Positions 14,311 to 25,809 of a DNA stretch of 64,000 nt are shown in pieces. The stretch is taken from contig JAAOMT010000436.1 of assembly GCA_016748015.1 (NCBI GenBank), positions 362,703 through 426,702 on the forward strand, in the 5' to 3' direction. The notes below the pieces were generated by a model. That model was not told the DNA's origin and ran no database searches. It saw only the letters and a list, made by a program, of their open reading frames with translations. This stretch comes from Geosiphon pyriformis uo1 (lineage: Eukaryota; Fungi; Glomeromycota). Numbering within the stretch: the first letter of the stretch is position 1; each line of letters starts with the position of its first letter. The position numbers and the translations under genes were made by a program.

Positions 14311-15245
14311 GTACTTTAGACTTTGTTTGACAAGTAAATTTACTTAAATTCTGATTGGACAACAAAATTTAGGAAATTTTTTGATAATAATAGAAACAAA
14401 ATTATAATTAAACAATTATTGACTTACTCTAAAAAAATATATAGGTCTTATAAGATATCAAAAACTAAGACTACTAAAGATTTTCATATTAGAACAGTTA
14501 TTATTAAACAAATAAAAGCTTTTGTTAATAATAAGAGTTAAATAATAAGAAGTATATTAAAAAACCTTTTAGTAAGATTATGCTGAATTATTTAGTTAAC
14601 AATAGTAAATTGGTTTTAAAGTCTAATGCAGTCAAATATAAAATTGATTTGATAATAAAAAATGGACCAGAAAATGCATAATTAAGTCTAATATTTTTTT
14701 TATTGACAGAGACAATTTGTATCTTTCAATTATATTGCAAATAATATATTTTCTGGTGTAATGTTTCATATTAGTTTTGATAAATTTTTGTTAATAGTTA
14801 AGAATCTTTTTGATAACAAAGCTGCTGGACTGTTTAGTATATCTAACAAGTTGTGAAAGGATTATAACAAGTTTGTTCTAAAGTGTTTTTTGCATTTTTT
14901 TAATTTATGCTTAGCAGCTAAATTGGTTTTTAATGTTTGGAAGAAAGTCTGAATGTTTATAATTTTAAAATGTTATAATTAAAAAGATGTTTTAACAAAT
15001 ACCAAACTTATTGCTTTTATTGAAACAATAAGAAAAATTTTTTGAAAATTCTGTCTAATTATATTTTTGAGGCCTATAGCAAATACAATGTTTTATATAA
15101 AAACAACTTTTCAGTTTTAAAAGGCATTTCAACTTAGTCTTTTATCTTTGCTGTTAGATTTGTAATAAAAAATGCTCTGAAAAAAAGTAGAGAAATCTGG
15201 TTTGTACTCCAAAACATATATAAAACATATAATTTAATGAATTGG
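14311..15245 (+). pseudogene. Decayed LINE ORF2 fragment (pre-RT and RT start)
   Basis: KAAGLFSISNKL...DVLTNTKLIAFIETIRKI...NNFSVLKGIST matches the LINE at 59750-60600. Confidence 0.8.
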
Positions 15246-16274
15246 TATTATCTGAGTAGAAAAACCAATCTAAAGTTATAAAAAAAACGTAACCAAAAAT
15301 GTGATGCCATAAAATAACACAAGATAATATGAAAGAATACAGAATAATACATAATAATTCAAGATAATATAATACAAAACTTAATAATATATTATAGCAT
15401 GAAATAACTAATTGAAACATAGAATAACTAGTAATAATATAGAAAAATAAAGTAATAACAGAAATAGTAAAGCAATAACTAGCAAGAATAAAACAATTAA
15501 AAAACAATCCTGTAAAACCAAAAAGAATATATAAAAATAAATAGTTGTAAAAGTTAAAAAAACAGCCAGACAAGAATCAATTTTTTCTTTCCTTATAATT
15601 ATCTTACAAAAATAAAGGACTTATTTAAAAACATGAAATTCTCGATATATAGTCATTAATTATTCTGTGCTTAAATCAAATTAATCTTTGTTTTATATTT
15701 TCATTCCAGGACAGATGCTCTGAATACAAATGCTTCGAATCCTTAATAACTTAGACCAATTATTCTTGATTACAGCAATTAATAATACTAATTTATTTTC
15801 TTTTATTTTCTTTTATTTTTCTTTTATTTTATTTTATTCTTTTTTGTGGAGTGACAACATAGAAAAATCAACTGTTTGAGAATAAATTTTGTAATAACTT
15901 GGTAAAAAAAGAAAGTTTTCTTTAAGTTTGAATATTAATATTATCTTGGTAGCTTATTAGAAAGGTGAAAAGATACTACCAGATCTTAATAACTATGCTT
16001 ATTAGCTCGAAAAAAATAGTTTACATTTATATACAAAAAGTTACAACACTACAAAACATATCTTTGTGCCTTATAACCAAAGAACTTCACAAGTAAATTC
16101 ATAACAATCAAACAGATCTTCAGAGACTGATAACACTAACACAACAAACAAGCTTATTAAATAAAAACCATTAAAAGCTTCTTAAAAACCCAAAATCTTG
16201 AGCACTAAACATTATTACCATATATTACTAAGTTTATTCATAATATTGGTTACATTTGAAAAACAGTTTAACAT
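15246..16274 (+). mobile_element. Family-D LTR (solo or remnant); right end approximate
   Basis: Starts TATTATCTGAGTAGAAAAACC, has AAAATAACAC-type repeats, the conserved LTR hairpin at 15757-15781 and a T-rich tract; start resembles 63846-64000. Confidence 0.6.
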
Positions 16275-19200
16275 TGTTACAAATGATTATTTAGGGTGTT
16301 AAAACAAATAACAAACCCATAATTTAGTGTTTAATAGCTGAAAATTTTGATAATTTCTGAAAATTTTGAAGTCTAAAGATTTTGGTTAAGTTTTTTATAT
16401 AATAAACAAAGATTCAATTGATGGTTTTTTTTATGAATTTTTTTTTTAGCATAGTGGCCAGTTTATTTTAACAGTTGTACTTTTTTGATAAGCTATTCTT
16501 AAATTTTTATTTTTGTTTTCAGGTTTTTTATCAGGCTATTTTTAATATCAAATATTCAGTATTTTATTCTTTTAATCAATTAGTAAACACCAAAAAAACG
16601 AAATAAATAAAAATAAAGAAAATAATAAAAAGAAATAAAAAATTAGTATTTTGTCAATAGTTATAATCAAGAACTATTGTTCTAGTGTAGTTAAGTATTA
16701 GATTTTATTAACATGAAATATTAATAGTAGAAAAAGTGATTAATATTCTTAATCAAGCAATGATTATATGAGTTAAGTGATAATTAAATATTTTTATTGA
16801 TATTTATGGGTTTTTACTTTAAGTTATAGAAAACTATCTTTTAAAAAAAGAGTAGAGATAAATAGTTATTGCTAGCTACTATTTTATCTAAGTTGAATGA
16901 ATCTTTGCTGCTTTTAATATTCTTGCTATATATATATATAATTTGTGTTTTATAAGATTTTTTGAAATTCTGCAATTTTGTAATTCCTCAAAAAAAATCT
17001 TGAAATTCTGGAATCCTATAATTTCTTAAGAGAAATCTTGCAATTTTTTTTTACTATGTCTATTTCTGATTGGTTATTTTACCTATTATTATAATTCCTA
17101 ATTTTTATGAGTAATATTATTTTTTTTTTTAATATTGAGCTTTATTAAGATCTCTTAAATCTCTTAACTTTTTTTTTAGATTAGTTTTATTACTTTTTTC
17201 TTAAGAATTACTTGGGCAATATTAGTTTGTAATTTTTCAAATTGAATATTGGTAATTTTTTCTAATTGGTTAATAATTACTGTGTTTATTGTTAAATATA
17301 ACAGTATTTCTGAACAGTTTTGAAATTCTGTTTGTAACTGGTATATTGCTTATGTCTATATAAATAGATTGTTCAAGTTGTTATAATATTGTTATGTTAA
17401 ACATCTATTTTGTTTTATCTGTATATAAGTTCTGAATATTAAGCTTTTGTTCTAAGTAATAATAGCAAAAATTTTTCGAAAATTGTTGTGTTCACTATTT
17501 TCAATTTTTTTTATTAATTTTTTGTATAATACTATTGTTTTTGGTATTTTTATAAATATTTTTATTTTTGCTATTATATTTTTTACTATATTTTTATATC
17601 TTCTGTATATCTTATATTGTATTTTATATTGGGATTTTTATTTCTTTTTAGTATATTGAATAGTTTGTTAATAGATTGTAATTTTTATGTTTAGTTTTTG
17701 ATGTTTAATTATTTGGAATAGTTATTAGGCTAGTGAATAAATGTTGTCAGTAATTTTCATCTTTTTATTTGCTTTTGTCATGTGTATTAAGTCTTTATAT
17801 ACTGTTTTTGTAGCTTACTTTAACATGTTTATGTCAAATAATTATAATTGATTTTAAATTTTGTGAAATCTTATCTGGTTGAAATAGTATTTATTGTAAT
17901 TTTAATTGTAAAATATTACTAATAGATAATAATACTATATTGTAATATGATTTCAGTCAATTCTTATGTGCAATTTTGTTGTTCTATCTTAATTTATAAG
18001 TTCTATTTCTTAGAATTTCTTTAATGTAAAATGATTTATTCTATTTAGAGTTAAATTTTCTACTTTATTGTTTTTCTGTTTTAGTATAATATAAGAATAC
18101 TTTGTCTCTAATTTTAAATTTAACTGGTTTATCTAATAACTAGTTATCATGTCATTTTTTTTGTTTTGCTTGTAACTTTTGTATATTATTAGCTGTTTTT
18201 TGTCTTTTGTTTTCTAGAGTTTCTATTAAGTTATATGTTTTTTTTAGTAATGTTTCTCGAAAGTTGTCTTTTGTTATTGGTTTTATTAGATATGTATTAA
18301 TATTTATTTTAACTAATAATATTGCTGTTTTACTATAAACAAGTTCAAATAGTATTGTTTATGTAATATCTTGTTTTATTGTTCAATAAACAAATAATAC
18401 TAATAGTATAAACAAATTCTATTCATTCTGGTTTTTTTGGCTGATCTTGACTATTACTTTACACAATATTCTGTTAAATTTTTTGACTAAGCCATTTGTT
18501 TATGAATAATATAGTAATGATAATAGTTTTTTAATTTCAAATCTTTAACTTAATTTTGTTAATGTTCTGTTTACAAAGTAAGTTTTTTAATCTGATAACA
18601 ATTTTTTTGGACATTTATATTAACAAATCAAATCTTAGTAGACAAATTCAGTTATAAATTTTGCATCTGCTTTTTGAATTGCTTTTGTTTCTGGCTATTT
18701 TGTAAGATAGTTTATGACTACTGCTATATATCAATTGCTTTTGCTGGTTATTATTAATAATCTAACTAAGTTAATTTCAATTCAATCAAATAGTTGTTCT
18801 ACTTTAATTGATCTTAGTGGTTTACTGGATATTATTTCTTTTCTTCTCTGACAAACATTACAATTTTGAACATATTAGATAATATTTAAATATATAAATA
18901 GCCAATAATATTTTTTTCTGGTTTTTTTTATGATTGCTTCTTTATGAAAATGTTTTGCTATCAAATTTGAGTATATATTAAACAATATTGTTTTTTTTTA
19001 ATTCTGTGATTATTTTGAGTGGCTAATTTAGATTTTTTCTGTTTTTTTAATATAATATATTTTGGTAAATAATAAAGTATTTTAATTGTTGTTTTATGTT
19101 GTTTTATTTTTTTTGAGATAATTTTTTCTTGAACTGTTGAGTATTAATATAATATTAGAATTGTTGATATTTTTGTGTATTTATTTTTTGTTATATTTTT

Positions 19201-21320
19201 GGGTTGAAATGTTTAGATTTGCCTAGATTTAATGTAGATTTTTGTGAAAACATTCCAAATAAATAGTGACTGCTTCAATATCATCTTGTTTAATTGTGGT
19301 AAAACTAATTAATAAGTAATTTAAACTATTATTATTATTAAAATACTATAAAAACGCAGTTTTAGACACATCAAAATCTTAAGATTTGTTTACAAAATTC
19401 TGGTACCACAAGTTAGCAGTATCTTAAAAAAAATATGAGATGGTTTAAATTGCTCTAATATTGTCTCATCTGTTAATTGCAATGGCTTTTTCTATATTGC
19501 TTAGCCATGCTTGAACATTGTTTTCTTTGTCAGTAAATTTTTTTAGTTTTATAATAAGTATATATGCCATTAGTGCAAGTTGTTATTGTTGTGATTGTTG
19601 TTAAAGTTGTGGTTATAATATGGCAATTGGTACAACTGGTAAATTGATTACAATAACTGGAGGTAAGTCTTGCTAAAAAATAGAAGCAGAATTTGTATTG
19701 TTTGGGTTTGGCTGAATTTAAACAATTGGAATTATAATTTTCAGATTATTTGTAATTGGGTTTTGGTTGTTATTTTTCTGATTGCTGTCTTCTTTTTCTT
19801 CTTCTAATTTGGTATTTTTTCAATGGCTGGTAGATTCGAAATTTGGTTAAGATAATAGTAATTAAAGTTCTAATAATGTTGTTGGTCACAATTTAAATCC
19901 TTCAAAAAAATTGCCATAGATTCCTAATAATTTGGCTTTCTCTTGATTATTTTGGAATGGTATTTTGAATAATAGTGTTTTTAATATGAGCACAGTTATT
20001 GATATTATTTGAATAATACTTTTTGGTATATAATAGTATAATAAGTAAATAGATAAAACAACTCTTAGTTTCTTCTAAGTAAATAGTTGTATTTTTTTTG
20101 GTGTTTCTGTTAAAGTTTTTAATTTTTTTTTGTCTACAAAAATAATAAAAAATATTTGTTGGTTGTATTTCTTAATTTTTCTGTTTATTTTTGTAATTAG
20201 TAGTGCAAACAGATAGTTTGGTAAAAGTGTGATGTTTTATAATAATTCACTGTAAAAATTCTTGAAAATGGTTTTTGGATCTTCTTGGTTTTTCAAGTAG
20301 AATTTTATTTTTTTATTAATGTAGAAGTTAAAAGCTAATTTTACAAACCAATAATTATTTTTTAATTCAAAATGAGTTTAATAATGTTGAAATAAAGATT
20401 TTGTGAATCCTAAATAATTTTTTTTTATGATTTTTTGGTTTGTTACTTTTCTGAATAGTTGATATTAGTGCTGGTTCTCTGTTAAATTATATCTTACAGA
20501 GAGCACCAAATATTACAGATGATTATTTGGAGTGTTAAAACAAATAACAAACCCATAACTTGGTGCTTAATAGCTGAGAATGTTAGTAACTTCTAAAGAT
20601 TTTGGTTGAGTTTTTTGTATAATAAACAAAAATTTAATTAATATTTTTTTTCATGAATTTTTTTTTTTAGTATAATAGTTGGCCTATTTTAATAGTCATG
20701 TTTTTTTGATAAGCTATTCTTAAATTTTTATCCTTGTTTTTGGGTTTTTTATCAGACTATCCTTAACATTAAATATTCAGTGCTTAATCTTTTTAATCAA
20801 TAAGTAAACAATAAAAAAAATAAATAAAAAAAAATAAAAGAAAATAAGAAAATAAAATAAAAAATTGGTATTTTATTAATAGTTATAATCAAGAACTATT
20901 GTTTCAGTATGATTAAATATTGAATTTTATCAACATAAAATGTTGATAGTATAAAAGCAATTAACATTTTTTTAATCAAATAATGATAATATGAATTGAA
21001 TAATAATGAATAATTTTATTGATATGAGAATAATTTTATTTTAAGTTATAAAAAACTATCTTTTAAAAAAAAAAATATTGTTGTTTTAAATTAATTTGAA
21101 CTTTATTAAATATTTTTTCTGCTTTTAATATTTTTACTATATATATATAATTTATATTATATAAAATTTCTTAAAAATTTTCAATTTCTTTAAAAAAAAT
21201 TTTAAAATCCTGTAATTTCTCAAAAAAAATCCTAAAATTCTGAAATTTTTCTTTTTATTACATTTATTTCTGATTGGCTATTTTATTTATTATTATAATT
21301 CCTAATTTTTATAAGTAACA
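16275..21320 (-). mobile_element. Internally deleted, decayed Ty3/Gypsy element E2 (family-B LTRs 16275-17116 and 20511-21320)
   Basis: TSD ACAT/ATAT; PBS ending at 20508; gag 20445-19230 fused to integrase 19185-17850 and ORF3; protease, RT and RNase H missing. Confidence 0.85.
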
Positions 21321-21624
21321 ATATCTTTAGAGTTTTAATTATTGCTAAAAAAACTAAAACTTTTATATAAAAATTTAGTTTTATAAACACAAAACTTATT
21401 TTATTTCAAGTATTATATATCTTATCTACAAAAAACTTTATCAAACTAGTTAGTCTTGAATTAAATAAAACTTTTTAATTAGATTATTCTATAAATAATT
21501 TAATTTTATTAAAACTTAATTTTTTTGAAAAAAATAATATTATGATTAAAACTCATAGTTTTTATTAATTATTATATGTATTAGTTATTAATATTATATA
21601 ATTAGTCATTTTATTTTTAGATAG

Positions 21625-21780
21625 TAATTATTAACTTAATTAATAATCTGACTATTAACTTAATTATTGACTTAATTAATGATTTAATTATTGATTTAAT
21701 TATTGATTTGACTATTGATTTGACTATTAACCTAATTATTAATCTAATTATTAATTTAGTTATTGATTTAGTTATTGACC
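21625..21780. repeat. 12 bp tandem repeat (ATTGATTTAATT-like), about 12 copies
   Basis: Visible 12 bp periodicity. Confidence 0.75.
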
Positions 21781-21799
21781 ACTTTTAATAACTATATAA

Positions 21800-22502
21800 G
21801 TAATAAATTTTTTAACTATAAAAAAATATGATCAAAGTAGCAAAATAAAATCTATTATTAATTACTTTTTTTTATATTTTATATTTTATATTTTTTATTT
21901 TTAAGTATTTAAACATTTTAAGATTAAAAATTACTTATTAGTATTTATATATCTTATCTTTTTTTTAATTTGTATTGTTAAAATTAGCTTAAAAAGTAAT
22001 TACTTACTTTTATAATTTATTAAATAAAAAAACAATTAAAAAACACAATAATATCTATTATTGATTCTAAGAATTACCAAGTTAAAACATAGAATAATAA
22101 TAGTGATATTATCTTATTAACAACTATAAACTATTTTTCTATCTTTAAATTCTCAAAAAAGATTTACAACTGTAATTTCTATAAGACTGTTTATATACAT
22201 TAAATCTTTACTTATTTAATTTATTCTTTTATTGTAATTCTCTCTTTAATTATTTCTATTATTCTATAATTCTGTTCTTCTTTGTTATTTATTAACTTGT
22301 TATTTCAATTTATAACAATATTATTAAACAATTTATTAAAAACTATTATAATTAACAATATTAAACAAATAATAAATTTTTAATTTAAAAAACTATAAAA
22401 AGCAATATTCAATATTATAATTAAATAATACATTAAAAAAACAATTTTTGAGAATATATATAATTTTACAAAAGCTTATTCTAAAAGAGAAAAATAATGC
22501 TA
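21800..22502 (+). mobile_element. 3' internal end of a very decayed Gypsy (family D) whose 3' LTR resumes at ~63846
   Basis: Ends ACAAAAGCTTATTCTAAAAGAGAAAAATAATGCTA, a degenerate pre-PPT motif + PPT + LTR start, immediately before the LINE poly(A). Confidence 0.55.
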
Positions 22503-24914
22503 TTTTTTTTTTTTTTTTGCTTTATGAGTGAAGTCCAAATACTACCTAGTGCTATACATCAAAGAAATGATCTAAACTAGGCATGAATTATGCACTTTTT
22601 ACACATGACCAGCCACTTGGGCCGATCAGAACAACACTATACAGCTATGTGAACTGAAACTGAGTCACTTACACCTGAAAAAAATAAACAAAATTTGCAA
22701 AAGCCAAAACGAATACCAAAAGCATTAGTAATGTCAAGCAATTTGACCACTCCAGCCAATAACTCCGAGACCAAACCAGAAATTGATGTTATAGATGATT
22801 ATTTGAGGTCTTAAATCAAATAACAAATCCATAATTTGATGCTCAATTGATGAAATAATGTTGATGTTTGAAAGTTTTGTTGTAAAGTTCTTTGTATAAT
22901 AGACAGAAATTTAATAGTTGTTTTCTGTAGCCTTCTGGAATTACAATTTCATCAAATTTTTTTCTCAGCATGGTGGCCGGTAATCCTCTTAGTAAGCTAT
23001 CCTCAATTTATGATTATTCTATCTTTGTTTCATGAGTCTTTTACCAGTCCCTATAATGTCTGTATTTTAGTGCTTAATCCTTAATCAATTTAGTAAAACA
23101 AAAAAATAAAAGAAAATAAAAGAAAATAAACAAAAGCAATTGCAAATTAGTATCTCGTCAATAGTTATGATCAAGAGCTATTGTTCCAGTGTGGTTAAGT
23201 ATCAATTATTATCAACATGAAGTGTTGATAGTGGGAGTAGATTTAGATAGTAAATAATTATTTATTTGATATTTGTGAATTGGAAAGTTGCTTAGATCAA
23301 ATCTAAACTGAGAGGTCTGTTTTTTTCTACTTCTAATGCTACTACTATATATACATAATTTGAATTCTATGAGATTGCTTATATTCTTGAGCAATGTGCT
23401 ATAATTTCTCAAGCAATGCTTATATTGCTAAGCAATATGTCATATTTTCTTGACATCGTTCTACATTGCTGAGTGATGTGCCATAATTTCTGACATTGCT
23501 CCACATTGCTGAGCAATGTGCTCATGTGTTAACTCCTATTCTCTTATTGGTCTACTATCTTTCTATATCTGTTCTCTTTTTTTGAGTAACATTATCCCCT
23601 TCTTTTAATATTGAGCTCTGTCAAAATCTTTGTTTTGAATTAATTCTAATACTTCTTTTTCAAGTATTGTTTGTTTGATTCTGTTTTTCACGTCTTCTAC
23701 TTGTGTATTGTTCATTTTTCCCTATTGGTTAATGGTTATGGTTTCTATGTCAAAGTGTAATAGTATTTCTGGATAGTTCTGAAATATGTTGTGTAGTCGG
23801 TACATTGTTTTAACATGTAGTGTTGAATTTGTTTTCTTTCCAATAAATTTTTCAATTTGTTGTATTATGTTTTGGTTGAATATTCTCTTAGATTTGTTGA
23901 TATACAACTCCTGAATATTCAACTTTTAACCTAATTGATAGCAGCAATATGATATTGGAAGTTATTCTGTCTATTGCTTCCAATTTTTTTTTGTAAGCTC
24001 CTCTGTTGGTATCATGATAAGTATTTTTCCAAATGTGTTTTTCACTTTTTCTATTAAGTTATCTGTCCAGTTTTTATTATTCTTTGGTAGCCACTAATAT
24101 GGTGTATTCTTTGTTTTTTTTTGGGTGTTTTGATAGCAAATTATTTGTTTGTTGATAACAATTTCCATGTTTAGCTGTTGTTGACTTAAGGCTTGGAACA
24201 ATTGTTAAGCTATAGTGTGAATATGATCTGGTATTTCTATTTTTTCTTGATTGCTTTTGTCGCATGTATTGTGTCTTATATATTTTTTGTTTGTTCAATT
24301 TGATGTGTTTGGTTCAATAACTATAATTGGTTCTAAATCTTGTGGAATCTTATCTGGGTGCACTAGTATTCTTTGTACTCTTAGTTGTGGAATATTATTG
24401 GTGAATGATAATGCTATTTGGTAATATAGTTTCAGTCGATCACCATGTGCTGCTTTGGCTAAAATTTTGTTGTTTCATCTTAATTTATAAGCTCTATTTC
24501 TTAGAATTTCTTCTATGTAAAATGGTTCATTCCATTTGGGGTCGAATTTTCCACTCCATTGTTTTTCCGCTTTGGTATGATATAATAGTATCTTGGTTTC
24601 AATCTTGAATTCAACTGGTTTATCTAGTAGTTGGTTATCATGTCATTTTTTTTGTTTTTTTTGTAACTTTTAAATGTTATTAGCTACTTTTCGTCATTTG
24701 TTTTCTAGTGTTTCCATTAAGTCATATGTTCTTTTCAACAATGTTTTTTGGAAATTATTTTCTGTTATTGGTTCAGTTGGATATGTATTGACCTCTATCT
24801 CAACTGGTAATGTTGCTGTTCTACTGTATACCAATTCAAATGATGTTGCTTGTATAGTATTTTGCTTTATTGTCTGATGTTACTCATCAAAAAAAACAGA
24901 TATAGAAAATAGCA

Positions 24915-25162
24915 GACCAATAAGAGAATAGTATTTAGCACATGAGCATATTGTTCAGCAATATAGAGCAATGTCAGAAATTATGGCACATTGCTTAGCA
25001 ATGTGGAGCAATGTCAGAAAACATGGCATATTGTTCAGCAATATAGAGCAATGGTAGAAAATTAGAGCTCATCACTCAGCAATGTAAGCATTGCTCAAGA
25101 AATCATAGCATATTGTTCAGAAATGTGAGGAATCTTGTAAAACATCAATTATGTATATATAG
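24915..25162 (+). promoter_or_regulatory. Family-A LTR promoter: CCAAT box, palindrome array, TATA box
   Basis: GACCAAT at ~24916, about five copies of CACATTGCT-C-AGCAATGTG at ~40 bp spacing, GTATATATAG at ~25153; repeated at 34268-34515, 23345-23552 and 36783-36990. Confidence 0.65.
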
Positions 25163-25809
25163 TAATAGCATTAGAAGTAGAAAAAAAAGAATCTTTTAGT
25201 TAGAAATCTCCCATCTACCAAATATTAAATAAATAAATCATCTACTATCCAAATCTATTCTCCACTATCAACATGAAGTGTTGATAGTAGTTGATACTTA
25301 ACTATACTGGAACAATAGCTCTTAATCACAGCTATTGATGAAATACTAACTTGCACATTGCCTTGGCTTATTTCTTTATTTTATTTTATTTTATTTTTTC
25401 TTTGATTTTTCTTGTTGAATACTAACTGATTAAGGATTAAAGCACTGAATTACTGATGTCAAGGATTGCCTGGTAAAAGACTTCTGCAAGTGGGTAGGAC
25501 ACATACAGTAGATATGAAATACTTACCAGAGGATTGCCAGCCACCACACCAAGAGAAAAATTGACAGAATTGCAATTCTGGGAAGCTATGAATAAAACAA
25601 CTATTGAATCTCTGTTTATTATACAAAGGACTCCAATAAAACCTTCAGACTACAAAATCTTCAGATTACCATTAACTGCAAACAGTCCTTTGAGCACCAA
25701 GTTATGGGTTTATTATTTGATTTGAGACTCCAAATAAATACTTATAACATTTGGTGCTCCCTATGAGGTATAATTCTACAGAGAACCAGTACCAACAACT
25801 CATCCAAAA

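Noticed and set aside
10582-14314. TSD for E1 (ATAT/GTAC)
   Set aside because: It needs two changes, and the two flanks belong to different elements, so it was not counted
15154-15573. Hydrophobic membrane-protein-like ORFs here and at 63664-63951
   Set aside because: They are antisense translations of A-rich LTR repeats
24946-25130. CRISPR-like array of palindromic repeats
   Set aside because: The spacers resemble each other, the array recurs in each LTR, the context is eukaryotic and no cas genes are present
25255-25350. Hammerhead or other self-cleaving ribozyme in the LTR hairpins
   Set aside because: No CTGATGA...GAAA core in the required stem context on either strand by eye; an Rfam scan would settle it
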